The notes under the pieces were generated by a model. That model made no database searches. It saw only the letters and a program-made list of their open reading frames with translations, and was not told the origin of the DNA. DNA of 64,000 nucleotides from an uncultured archaeon (GTDB taxonomy: Archaea; Asgardarchaeota; Lokiarchaeia; Sigyniarchaeales; SOKP01): contig CAZALK010000007.1 of NCBI GenBank assembly GCA_964486045.1, forward strand, positions 151,717 through 215,716. Reading direction: 5' to 3'. The position numbers were made by a program, and so were the translations under genes. Positions within the stretch are counted from its first letter, which is position 1, and each line of letters opens with the position of its first letter. Below, piece after piece: positions 9,963-20,800 of the stretch.

Positions 9963-12900
9963 ATGAAAAATACATCAAGATTAAAGTTTAAAATAAAGGC
10001 ATTAACGTTACTTTCAATAATATTAATCACTAGCCTCTTTGGGATGTTTTTAATGAATTTTATTAATATTCCTTCTAGCTTAGAGGGGAGTACGATAAAA
10101 AACGATCAAGATAATGAATTATTTGAAAAGAATAAACCAATCGCAAGTCTTGGTACTCATAGTTGGTGGGATAAATCTTTTCATTCAAGACGAGTAATAA
10201 ATATAACAAATCCTAATTCAGAGACATTTTATAATTACGGAGTAAGTATATCTTTTAATTATACCACGGACGTTTTGAATGGAGATTTAAGAGCAGATCT
10301 CGGAGATCTAAGAATCATTGAATACGATTCTGGGGGAGATGCTTTTCAAAGAAAATACTATTTTCAAAAAGATTACCCTCAAAGTGATATAGTTTCTGTA
10401 TGGTTTGAAACAAATATTACTGTCAGTGATGGTGATTCCCAATTAGACACTTATTTATATTTTGGTAATGATGCTGTTGGAATCAATACAACTTATTTTA
10501 TGAATGAAACAACTTCAGATTCGGTTGCTAATAATTTTGGATGGATCAGAAATGGAAATTTTGAACAGGATCCTGGAGTAGGTGGTCACGCAATTGATGG
10601 GGTTTTTGGGTGGTATTTTGCAGATGATGTACCTGATGACGTCAATGGTGCCTATACTCCAAATACACCAGATCCGGATTATTATCAACACAATTTAAGT
10701 ACAATGGCTTCAAATCAAGAACTAAAGAATGAAGGAGCTTATACATTTAAATTTGGTGATATTAGTCATGATGTTTCTAGTGGTTCAACTGGAAAAGATA
10801 TCGCTGGAACTTTATTTTCCGCTCCTTTTGTTGTTCCTACCGTTTCGGGAGGATCAAACAAAATTTACATAAATGCTTGGCGTAATTTTAGAACCTTTGA
10901 TGATCAGAATTCTAAAAAAATAGGAGTTTATGTAAGAATTGCTCAATATTACGATGATACTAATGTCAATTCACATGGAGCATATGGTGGTTCGGTATAT
11001 ACGCAGGGTTATGTAGAATTTTGGGATTCTTTTATAAGTGAGTCCTCGTTAAAAACGTGGGTAGAAGATAATTTTGGTATATTGGCAGATAAAAATACGG
11101 CAGCAGGCCAATTGACAGGAGATCTTTTAATTGATGTATCTGATTATCAAGGTGAGGCTATCTTCTTAGAATTTGGGATGCTTCACTATGATATTGAGGC
11201 GGCTAATAAATTTAATGCATTTGCTCAAGTCGATAATGTAACCTTTACTTATAATTTCGATGTATCCTTAGATTCTGAAGCTGAACGAAGAAAATCAGAT
11301 GTTACTATTATAGTTAGAGATATTGATGGAAGAATTGTCCCTAATGCAGAAGTTTCCCTAATAAATAGTTCTAAGCCAGTTGCAGAACAGATACAGTATG
11401 GACCGTTAAACACTTCAGAGGAGGAGGGATCAATAACCTTTACAGGGGTTACTTACTCAACATATAATTATACAGTAAATTATACGATACCTTCTACAGG
11501 GTATGAATTTGTTGTGTTTAATAGTAGCTCTTATCCGTTGGTTTATTTTAACATAACAGAATCTCAGCAGACTTTTACCATTTATATAGATATATGGACC
11601 ATCGATTTTGAAATTGTTGATTATGATAAGGAATCATTAAATTATGCATATATCGCAGTTTATAACGAGACCAAAATGGGGGTAAATTTAGAAAATATAA
11701 CGCTTAATAGTGATGGAAAAGGTACGTTCCGTTGGAGGAATCAATCTAGTTATTATTATGAGGTATATTATGATAATATTGATTATAATCTTAACCCTAC
11801 AGCATTGAATGAATCATATGTAAAGAGAGCTACTTATGATCAAGCAAATGATAAGTATAGAGATCATTCGTTTTTGATAAATGAAACTAATGCAGATCCA
11901 GCAGGGAACCCAACTTTTGCCGTAAATGAACTCATTTACACCAATGGTTCGCGAACAGAATTGGGAAATAAAAAAATACTGGGTGCAGAGGTAAATATTA
12001 CATTTCAAACTTCAGATGCTTATCTTACTTCGGTTTCAATTTATTATATAGATAAAAACAATTATACCGATGACAATTATTTGATTTACTATAATAATAG
12101 CTATGATGCTGATTTTTTAAATAATCGTATTAATATGGATATGAGATTCCCCCAAATTACACCCTCTAGTTTAATAACAAATAATTATGAAGTTTACGGT
12201 TTGAAAATTGTCGCTATTGGAGCAAATACAACTAATTTTAATGGAGTTTTTAATATAACATTAAATGAAACGACCAACATCTATAATGTTACAGATTTGA
12301 GTAAGTTAAATATTAGAGTTGTTAATGAAGCTGGCGGCGGTTTAGTTGGTGGTATAGTAACAGTAAATAGTTCAATAGGGATTCAAAACTTTCAAGTCAA
12401 CTTGACAGCAGGATATTCTGCAGTTGATTACTTAAACGGATATGCATATGGAACAACAAATAACTTATTGCCCCTTTGGTATTTAAGAGGATATGAATAT
12501 AACATCTCATTATATTATGCAGGGGAATATAGACAACTAAATGTAACTGTCCCCGATCCTTTTGATCCTCAATATCCTGGTATAGATTGGAGAGATGAGT
12601 TTAATTACACGCTTAATGGAAAATCAAATTTTACAATAGAGCCCAATTTAGGTGGAGTTGACCCTAATTGGTTTCAACTACAATTTAATAACATTGAATT
12701 AGTTGATGTGGTAACATGGGGTAACAATTTTAGCGTTCGGATAAATTTTACGCTTACTGATGATAATTGGGCAAGTTCAGTACCAGTGACCCTTCCAGCA
12801 ACTGTAACTTGTTATGTTAAGAGTACTGGACCCTCAAGCACTATTGTATCAGTAAAAAGTATGGTGTTTGAAGGCAATGGAATGTTTAATACTACATTTA

Positions 12901-15134
12901 ATTCTTCTATCTTTTCAGCTGGTGGAGGAGGAGAGCTTTATAGTATTATTATTTCTGGAAATAAGCCAAGTTATAATACACCCTCAAATTTTACTGATAC
13001 TATTTTTGTAGAATCTGTTCAAACTACTCTTTCTATGCATGATTATTATAATTCTTTAAATATCATATCTACAGACTCACAAATTTATGGTGAATCCTTA
13101 AATTTAACATTTAGTTTTTACAATGTATCTCTATTAACAGGTGCCACATTAACTTTTGAATGGCTTAGTTTTGACCCAATTCAATTCTATGGAGATCCAG
13201 TTAATGATGGATACTACACAACAACAATAGATACATCACTAGCTGGGTCATGGGGTGCTAAATCAATCAAAATTATTGCGATGTTAGAAAATTATACCAC
13301 ACAGATTATTTTTATGACTCTCAGTATTACAGAAAGACCAACGACTCTTAATGAAGAGATAGGCTTGGTTTATCTCAGCTCGCAAGTGTGGGTTCAGGAT
13401 CCTAATCCTTTCAATTTTACATATACGGATGTACTTACTAATGGGAGCATTGGTGATTTAACCTCTGCTACTTATGTTTGGGAACAATTATATCCAAATG
13501 GAACTAGAATTCCTGGAACGCAAGGTTCTGGAATCTTGGTTCAAAACAATGTGACAGATCATATTTTAGATTTTAAAACGGAATTAAAGGAGATTGGTAA
13601 TTACTATTTATATGCTACTTTACACAAACAAAATTATAAACCAAAATCAGCTCTTATAAATTTAGAAATTTTGTCAAGAGAATTTAGTTATACTTTACAA
13701 CCAGGAAAAATTGTTGATGGTATCATGACGATCGAAAATGGAGATTCTATAGATTTATCTATTTCACTTCAGGATTTAACTAGAAATATTAAATTACAAG
13801 GAGCTACAGTATCAATGAGTTATCAAAGTGCTACTTACAATTTTACTGAAGGGGGAAGCGGATCTTATTCAGTAAATATAACAGATTACACTCGATTAAA
13901 TGAAGACGCGACTTCTGACACTTCAACAACTTCGATTATTATTTCTAAAGCAAATTTTACAACACAGATAATTGAAACTACAATAGTATTAAATAATAGA
14001 AGATTTGATATAATATTTTCAGATGAGGTTAATGAAAATCTGGCTAAAATAGTATCTGGGAATCGTTTAACTTTTATTGTTACTCTTTTTAATTCTAATG
14101 ATCAATCTCAAGTAATAGATGCTACTATTACCCTTACAATCAATGACCAACCATACGAGGATCTGATTATTATTAATAATGGTGATGGAACATACACGTT
14201 TGAATTTCTCTCTTATCCTACAGCATTTGTTACGAGTAATACTCTTTCTGGAGAAATATCAATAGCGAGGACTAACTATAAAACCGAAAATATCCCTATT
14301 ACAATTCAGATAAACATGGAAGAAATTTTTCCAGGAATGCCAACATTCTACTTCATACTGATTACTGCGTCAATTATTGGAGTTGTAGGAAGTATAGTCG
14401 CATATAGAGTCGTTCAACAAGCCAGAATTCCTAAGCACGTGAAGAAGATAAGGAAAATTAAAGGACTTATTAAATCAAAGAAGAAAATTCCCGAGACGAT
14501 TTCGATTCATTCAAAATCAGAGACGATAGCAAAATTATTCGGAGATGACTGGAGAGGACTCGGTATTTCAATTAATGAAGCGTTGGGAATTAAGGATTTA
14601 AAGAAGAAATTACCAACAATAGCGATGCAAGATAAAGAACAGAGAATTTCAAAGCAAAAAGTGCAGAAAGAAAAAGCAGAGGCAAAATCTATAAGAGATA
14701 AGGAAAAACAAATAAAGAAAGAAGCAGATGCTAAAATTAAAGAAGAAAACGCCAAGAAAGCAGCTGAGCTAAAAGCCATCAAAGATAAAGAAAAACTAGC
14801 CCAGAAAGAAGCTGACGCCAAAATTAAAGAAGAAAACGCCAAGAAAGCAGCTGAGCTAAAAGCCATCAAAGATAAAGAAAAACTAGCCCAGAAAGAAGCA
14901 GAATTAAAAGCCAAAAAAGAAAAAGACGAAGAAAGTGCAAAGAGAAAAGCGGAGCAAAAAGCTAATAAAGAAAAAATAGACAAAGCAACACTAGAGAAAA
15001 TTCCAGAGGAAGTAGTACCAGAAGAGAAAATTCCAGAGGAAGTAGTACCAGAAGAGAAAATTCCAGAGGAGAAAGTACCAGAAGATGAAATACCAAGAGA
15101 TGAAACAAAAGAAGAAAGAGGTGAGAATGACTAA
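9963..15134 (+). CDS. Giant membrane-anchored cell-surface glycoprotein: DUF2341-like N-terminus, beta-rich head and stalk, C-terminal TM helix, charged cytoplasmic tail
   Basis: N-terminal hydrophobic signal; WW...RRVINITN...DLRII...VWF...YLYFGN; many N-x-S/T sequons; TM FYFILITASIIGVVGSIVAY; K/E/A-rich tail. Confidence 0.85.
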   Translation: MKNTSRLKFKIKALTLLSIILITSLFGMFLMNFINIPSSLEGSTIKNDQDNELFEKNKPIASLGTHSWWDKSFHSRRVINITNPNSETFYNYGVSISFNYTTDVLNGDLRADLGDLRIIEYDSGGDAFQRKYYFQKDYPQSDIVSVWFETNITVSDGDSQLDTYLYFGNDAVGINTTYFMNETTSDSVANNFGWIRNGNFEQDPGVGGHAIDGVFGWYFADDVPDDVNGAYTPNTPDPDYYQHNLSTMASNQELKNEGAYTFKFGDISHDVSSGSTGKDIAGTLFSAPFVVPTVSGGSNKIYINAWRNFRTFDDQNSKKIGVYVRIAQYYDDTNVNSHGAYGGSVYTQGYVEFWDSFISESSLKTWVEDNFGILADKNTAAGQLTGDLLIDVSDYQGEAIFLEFGMLHYDIEAANKFNAFAQVDNVTFTYNFDVSLDSEAERRKSDVTIIVRDIDGRIVPNAEVSLINSSKPVAEQIQYGPLNTSEEEGSITFTGVTYSTYNYTVNYTIPSTGYEFVVFNSSSYPLVYFNITESQQTFTIYIDIWTIDFEIVDYDKESLNYAYIAVYNETKMGVNLENITLNSDGKGTFRWRNQSSYYYEVYYDNIDYNLNPTALNESYVKRATYDQANDKYRDHSFLINETNADPAGNPTFAVNELIYTNGSRTELGNKKILGAEVNITFQTSDAYLTSVSIYYIDKNNYTDDNYLIYYNNSYDADFLNNRINMDMRFPQITPSSLITNNYEVYGLKIVAIGANTTNFNGVFNITLNETTNIYNVTDLSKLNIRVVNEAGGGLVGGIVTVNSSIGIQNFQVNLTAGYSAVDYLNGYAYGTTNNLLPLWYLRGYEYNISLYYAGEYRQLNVTVPDPFDPQYPGIDWRDEFNYTLNGKSNFTIEPNLGGVDPNWFQLQFNNIELVDVVTWGNNFSVRINFTLTDDNWASSVPVTLPATVTCYVKSTGPSSTIVSVKSMVFEGNGMFNTTFNSSIFSAGGGGELYSIIISGNKPSYNTPSNFTDTIFVESVQTTLSMHDYYNSLNIISTDSQIYGESLNLTFSFYNVSLLTGATLTFEWLSFDPIQFYGDPVNDGYYTTTIDTSLAGSWGAKSIKIIAMLENYTTQIIFMTLSITERPTTLNEEIGLVYLSSQVWVQDPNPFNFTYTDVLTNGSIGDLTSATYVWEQLYPNGTRIPGTQGSGILVQNNVTDHILDFKTELKEIGNYYLYATLHKQNYKPKSALINLEILSREFSYTLQPGKIVDGIMTIENGDSIDLSISLQDLTRNIKLQGATVSMSYQSATYNFTEGGSGSYSVNITDYTRLNEDATSDTSTTSIIISKANFTTQIIETTIVLNNRRFDIIFSDEVNENLAKIVSGNRLTFIVTLFNSNDQSQVIDATITLTINDQPYEDLIIINNGDGTYTFEFLSYPTAFVTSNTLSGEISIARTNYKTENIPITIQINMEEIFPGMPTFYFILITASIIGVVGSIVAYRVVQQARIPKHVKKIRKIKGLIKSKKKIPETISIHSKSETIAKLFGDDWRGLGISINEALGIKDLKKKLPTIAMQDKEQRISKQKVQKEKAEAKSIRDKEKQIKKEADAKIKEENAKKAAELKAIKDKEKLAQKEADAKIKEENAKKAAELKAIKDKEKLAQKEAELKAKKEKDEESAKRKAEQKANKEKIDKATLEKIPEEVVPEEKIPEEVVPEEKIPEEKVPEDEIPRDETKEERGEND
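14733..14900 (+). repeat. 87-nt (29-aa) tandem repeat, about 2 near-identical copies, in the cytoplasmic tail
   Basis: KIKEENAKKAAELKAIKDKEKLAQKEA(DA) repeated; DNA copies start at 14733 and 14820. Confidence 0.9.
14994..15085 (+). repeat. 30-nt (10-aa) tandem repeat, about 3 copies (EKIPEEVVPE)
   Basis: gagaaaattccagaggaagtagtaccagaa repeated with period 30. Confidence 0.9.
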
Positions 15135-16240
15135 TGCCAATAGGATTAATAATGATGCGATGGGATATCAAGGTAAGTACAGAAATTCTTGCTAAATACC
15201 CCGATGAGCTCGTGATATCTGAGGAAACTTTAATGCAAATATATGCGGCTCATGAATATACAGGAGAACCGGGAATGATTAGTTTACTCGTTGGGCCATT
15301 AAATATTGCATCATATTACACCGGTCGAGAAAAACCTCTTTATATTATTCTACTTTTAAACCTGGACGAGGATGCTGATGCATATGAAGGTGGATTAGCA
15401 GATATATCAAGGGTTATCTTCCAAAATTATGAAGATAATGCATATTTAGAGATGATTCCTTTCTTATTCCAGCGATTGTCAACCTATCCTCATTTGAATG
15501 AGGAGCAAAGTTTAGCTATTACATACCTTGATAACGTAAACAGATTAATCATCAATAGGTTAAGAGAAGAAGGCGTTATCTCAAAATCAGAATTAAAAAT
15601 TTGGTTAAAAGATGAATATAGAGAAGGATTTTTCGATGTGGATGCTATTTTAATGGAATTAATCAAGAAAGAAATAATAAAGGAAGCCTCTGTTAAGGGG
15701 ATGCCTTCAGAATTAATTTTTCTTATCAATGATTTATTAATGATTCGACGACCACCAATTACTTTGCTTAAAAATCCTCCAGAGCGAGGACTTCCTGAGC
15801 GATTTGTAGAAGAATATAATATAGCTGTTAGAAAATTCTTCCAAAAGTATCGTCCATCAGAGGAAGACAGTCTTAAAATTTTAGATAAAGTAATAGCAGA
15901 TCCTCAAGTTTATGAAATTTTGAAATTACTTAGAATCTCGATTGTCACTAAAAATGTTCTAGAGAAACTTAGAAAAAAGGGTGTTGATGATATCGACGAT
16001 GGTCTAAAGAAACTATGGGACAATCAAATGATACACGTATTTCAAGATGCTAAAGGAAATGAATATTACGCGTTGCTCACTGATTTTCATAGCTCCTTGA
16101 TATACCCTAAATACATAGTTAATATAATCATTCATCAATATGCTGTTAAATCAAAATCTAATGCAGTACTCATTGAGTATCTGAATGTACTTGACGATAC
16201 TTATAGACATACCAAAATAGTAGTAGAAGAAGAAGATTAA
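15134..16240 (+). CDS. Cytoplasmic protein with probable N-terminal longin/uDENN-like domain and winged-helix-like regions
   Basis: N-terminus GLIMMRWDIKVSTEILAKYP resembles the uDENN start pattern. TAATG overlap with the upstream gene. Close paralog at 22173. Confidence 0.65.
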   Translation: MPIGLIMMRWDIKVSTEILAKYPDELVISEETLMQIYAAHEYTGEPGMISLLVGPLNIASYYTGREKPLYIILLLNLDEDADAYEGGLADISRVIFQNYEDNAYLEMIPFLFQRLSTYPHLNEEQSLAITYLDNVNRLIINRLREEGVISKSELKIWLKDEYREGFFDVDAILMELIKKEIIKEASVKGMPSELIFLINDLLMIRRPPITLLKNPPERGLPERFVEEYNIAVRKFFQKYRPSEEDSLKILDKVIADPQVYEILKLLRISIVTKNVLEKLRKKGVDDIDDGLKKLWDNQMIHVFQDAKGNEYYALLTDFHSSLIYPKYIVNIIIHQYAVKSKSNAVLIEYLNVLDDTYRHTKIVVEEED

Positions 16241-16329
16241 ATTAATATATATTTTTATTTTTGTTGTAAGTTAAAGAAATAGAAGCTGATCTAGCAAAGC
16301 AGAGAATTTTAGTTAAGCTGACTACTTTA

Positions 16330-17358
16330 TTAGTTTAAGTAACTTTTCAACTTCGTTGCTTTTTCAGAGAACTCCTTGTAAAGTAAGTCATCTCCCAATT
16401 CAAGACAGAGATCTGCTATTTTTTCAAAATGTTCTGCTGTTTGTGCAATTTCTCCATTTTCCAGGGAAATTCTTGCTTTATTTATCAATTGATCTCTATC
16501 AAATAAAGGCTTTAGTAAAGGTGAAGCATCTGTACTAATTTCTAATATATCTGCAATAATTTGTATCATCTTCCCACGGTTGGCAGAATCTATTGCAACC
16601 ATTGAATAAGCTTTTACACCTAAAATTTCTTGAATTTTTTGAACACTCAGAGCTCCTGGTAAGTCTTGTTTATTCCCAATTACTGCAGCATGCGCATAAG
16701 GTGCACGTTCCTTGATTAGTTCAATAAAAAACTTGGTTTTTTCCACATTTTCTAAAGTTGAGTTAGTAATTACAAGAACAGCATCACTCCCAAGAATAAA
16801 GTCATTCCATAAATAGCTAAATTGCTCTTGTCCTGCGAAATCCCATAAGTGAAAATAAAGTTTTCCGATTTTAACCGTTGATATCTTCCCAGTGATAGTA
16901 GGAATATGTACAGAAGGAATTTCGGAAGCACAAATCAAGTTGGTCGACGTCGTTTTCCCTACTCCCGAAAATCCCACTAGCGCGATTTTAGTTTTGAGAT
17001 TTCTATGGGTTGTGTCTAAAATTGGGTTAAGTATTTCCATAAGTTCCGGATCTAGGGCTTCTAGATTATCTCCAAAGGTCTCTAAAAACTCTTTATTAAG
17101 TTTTTCTAGCTCTCTTTTAGATCTATCTGTGTCATCATTTATGTCAGTTATGAATATAAACGCTAATTTATCATTTTTTACTAATGAATAAACAATTTTA
17201 TATTTAAAAAAATCATAACTATCTAAATTTGTTCCTTTTTCTGTTTCTTCTAAAATCTCTTGGTATAATTTCTGAAAATCTTCAACTGAAAGTGACTTCC
17301 CATAATTCTTGTTATACAAAATTTTATCGTCTTTTAGAATGTACACTTGTCTTAACAT
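16330..17358 (-). CDS. Longin-domain small GTPase with C-terminal helical (TPR/MIT-like) extension
   Basis: N-terminal MLRQVYILKDDKILYNKNY (longin-like); GFSGVGKTT, PTI, WDFAGQ and GNKQD. Confidence 0.87.
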   Translation of the reverse strand: MLRQVYILKDDKILYNKNYGKSLSVEDFQKLYQEILEETEKGTNLDSYDFFKYKIVYSLVKNDKLAFIFITDINDDTDRSKRELEKLNKEFLETFGDNLEALDPELMEILNPILDTTHRNLKTKIALVGFSGVGKTTSTNLICASEIPSVHIPTITGKISTVKIGKLYFHLWDFAGQEQFSYLWNDFILGSDAVLVITNSTLENVEKTKFFIELIKERAPYAHAAVIGNKQDLPGALSVQKIQEILGVKAYSMVAIDSANRGKMIQIIADILEISTDASPLLKPLFDRDQLINKARISLENGEIAQTAEHFEKIADLCLELGDDLLYKEFSEKATKLKSYLN

Positions 17359-17831
17359 TATCCCTTTCCTCTTTAATAAGAAATCCAGACTAATGGAAGA
17401 TTAATCTATATTTAATTAAAAAATGATAAAATTATGCATTTTTTCCTTGAATCTTCAATTAAAATTAGAATATTTAAATTTTTAGGAATAAACATTTAGG
17501 ACAGCCAATAGATAGAATTACTTAAACTAATTTTTTTAAAGAAAAAAGAACCAGATATATTATTAAGGTTAGATTGCTAATGATATTCAATATATTAAGT
17601 GAACTTTAAATTAAGGTCAAGTTTATTTATTTTTCTTAGGAGAATAGGATATGGATAACACATTATACTAAAAATTTTGATATAGCAATGGTTTTGGTTA
17701 TCATTAAGTTTGATTCTCTCGATTTATTTCCCGAGATAAAAAATTAAATACTTAGATTTGTATAATAAAAGATAATAAATATAAATTTATTAAAAATAAT
17801 GAAAGATTTTGCTAAAAACGGGTAATTATGT

Positions 17832-20800
17832 ATGACTAAATTAAAACAAATTTCAACACGTTTAATTTCGATAGGTTTCCTATTTATTATTTCCTTAAGT
17901 TCAATACTCACCTATTTGCCTTTAAATTCTATGAATTCACAGAGTATTAATGAAGATTTTAATGAAAATACTAAAAATGATTTAAACACACCGACTTTAA
18001 ATACAATTGGTAGTGCTCAATGGTGGAATAGAACATTTGAATTCAGAAAGTTAATTAATATAACAAATCCTCATAATGAAGCGTTTACAAACTTTATAGC
18101 AAAAGTTGAGTTTAATTATACTGAACTAGTTATTGCTGGAAATTTGAATCAGAGCTTAAAAGACATTAGAATAATAGAAAATGGGAACTTAAGAAATTAC
18201 TATATAGCGCAAGACTTCCCTAGTACAGATTTAGCTACTGTTTGGTTTGAAACTACCATTTCTGCCGGTCCGAACCAATTAGAGCAAGATACGTATATGT
18301 ATTATGGAAATATTAATGCTACTTTCGCCAGTAATTACTTAATGGCAAATAATCCTGATGGTTTTCTCTGGTATAAATTTGAAGAGATTGTTAATGGAGA
18401 GGTTATTGATTATCAGGGAAACCATAATGCTACCGTGAACGGTGCTGTTTTAGATGTCGATAGTGTCGTTGGAAGTGGTTCTCTTTCATTCGATGGAACA
18501 GATGATTGGCTAGAAATCCAAGATAAATATTATAACACGCGAAATGGACTTACAGAGTTTACAGTAACTGCATTCTTTAAAACACCTGGAACTGGGGGTT
18601 ATTCTAGTAATTGGGCTATCTTTGATTACGATCGATCAGAACACTTTAACTTTTATGTCAGAGGAGATGGAGGATTAGGTTTTTCTTCGTTTGCTTATGG
18701 CTGGGATGAGACTTTTAACTGGGATCCAAATGAAGATCCTTATTCGGATAATAACTATGATGATTTTAACACTGCAACAACGGGTTTGAACGACAATCAA
18801 TGGCATTTTGGAAGTGCAGTTTACGACGGTACTGATAAGATACTGTATATTGATGATGGTGTCGAAGATGCCAGAAACGATAATGCACATAATGGATTAG
18901 GAATAGGTGATAACACTCTACGTTATGGGATTATTGGTGATGGTTCAGAGGCTAGCCAACAACCAGCTAGACCAAAAGTGAGTGGAAACTCTCCAGATTT
19001 AAATGATATCCATTATCAGGGGTTACTTGATGAGATTAGATTTTTTGAAGAGTCGCTCTCATCAGAAAGGATAAAATGGATTGCTAAAGATTATAATCTA
19101 GTAGTTGTGCTAAATGAAGAACAAGAAAAAAGAGCCTCAGTTGTAATAATAGCAAATGATATTGATGGTAGAGTCGTTCCAGGTTTAGAAATTTATATGT
19201 ATAATCCGGATTTTCCCCTGAATGAAGATTATTTAGGTACAACAGGAGAACAAGGACATCTTGAATTTCCAGATGTTAACCGTACAGAATATATAATTAC
19301 GGCTAATTATTCAATTAGCACAGGAATCCAAACATTTGAAGAGATTGTATTTAATAGTACCGATTATAGTATTACATATGATTTTTTGGGGGATTTCCAC
19401 ACAGTATATATCAATGTAAGTCTGTGGAGTATAGATTTTGAGATTGAAGATTGGAATGAAGACCCGATGGGATATGGGTATGTCTTAGTTTACAACAAAT
19501 CTGATTATACTGAGTTGATAGCAAATATAACTTTAAACAAAGAATATGGGACCCAAACCTTCAGATGGAGTAATATATCACAAGACGCAGTATATTATTA
19601 TGAAGTATATTACGATAATGAGGATTATGTTCAACAGCCTAATTTCATAAATCGTAGTCTAGTAAATCGTACTGTATATTTAAATAATAATTTACACATT
19701 ATGCCTACCATACTTGTAAATGAAACGAATATACATATAGCACCAATTCAAAAATATGCTGTAGAAGAGAGGGTTTATGCCACCGGATCAAATTCAAGTG
19801 AAATTGGAAATATAAAGATTATCAATACTACCATTATGTTGAATAATATGGATGACGACTTGGATAAATTAGACATTTACAGTATTGATGTTAATAACAA
19901 TGTGTCTGCAAGCCCAATTTATAGTGAAGTATATACATCGGAAACTACGGATACTATTGAAGTTAATATTTCAGAGTTAGTGGATGCATATGGCCTACTA
20001 ATTTATGTTGAAGGAACAAATTCAACTAATTTTTGTAATGGAACTATTGACATAATCTACACTGAAACATACAACCAATACGTAAAGGCTAATATGTCGA
20101 AATTAGATATCAACGTATTTGATGATGCTGGTAATTGGAATCCTACGTATGGGAATGTTTTTGTTAAAATTATAAATGGAACTGTAGGAAATCCTGGAGA
20201 TGATATTGTTACTTTATTAACAACTGATCTAGGTGCAGCAAAAGGAGTGAATAACCCTACATTAAGCTTCTGGTATTATAGGGGTACTAGATACAATATT
20301 ACTTTAGAATATGCTAGTACTATAAGGGAGTTCAATGTGTCTTCTGACCAATATACAACAGCTCCAGGTGTATTTCTTAACCGTTTTAATTACACTTTAG
20401 ATCTATTCACCACGATCGAATTTAGAATACGTCTTAGTTTAGCTAACTTTAAAACAGAATTTCAAGAACTTGTCACCGAGGGAACTAAAGAGTGGGGTTC
20501 AAATTTTACGTTTAGCGCTAGATTTATGAGCACTGAAGATGCTCTGAATCCGACCCCCACTTGGCTTCCAGTAATTGCTCCTGATTTTGTAAATTGGGAA
20601 ATTACTGACCTACTTGGAGATGTAGTATTTGGTAGTGGCTCGATGGATTCAGAAGGAAGTGGGTATTATAATTATACAATAAATTCAGGATTTTTGATTG
20701 GAGGACAACAATATTATTTTGCTGTTAATGGAGAAAAAACGGGATATCAAGACCCAGCACGGGTTCAACTTCTATTTACAGTTTCTCCAAAAATAACAAA

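Noticed and set aside
14733-15085. Tandem repeats as a CRISPR array
   Set aside because: In-frame coding repeats without unique spacers; no cas genes.
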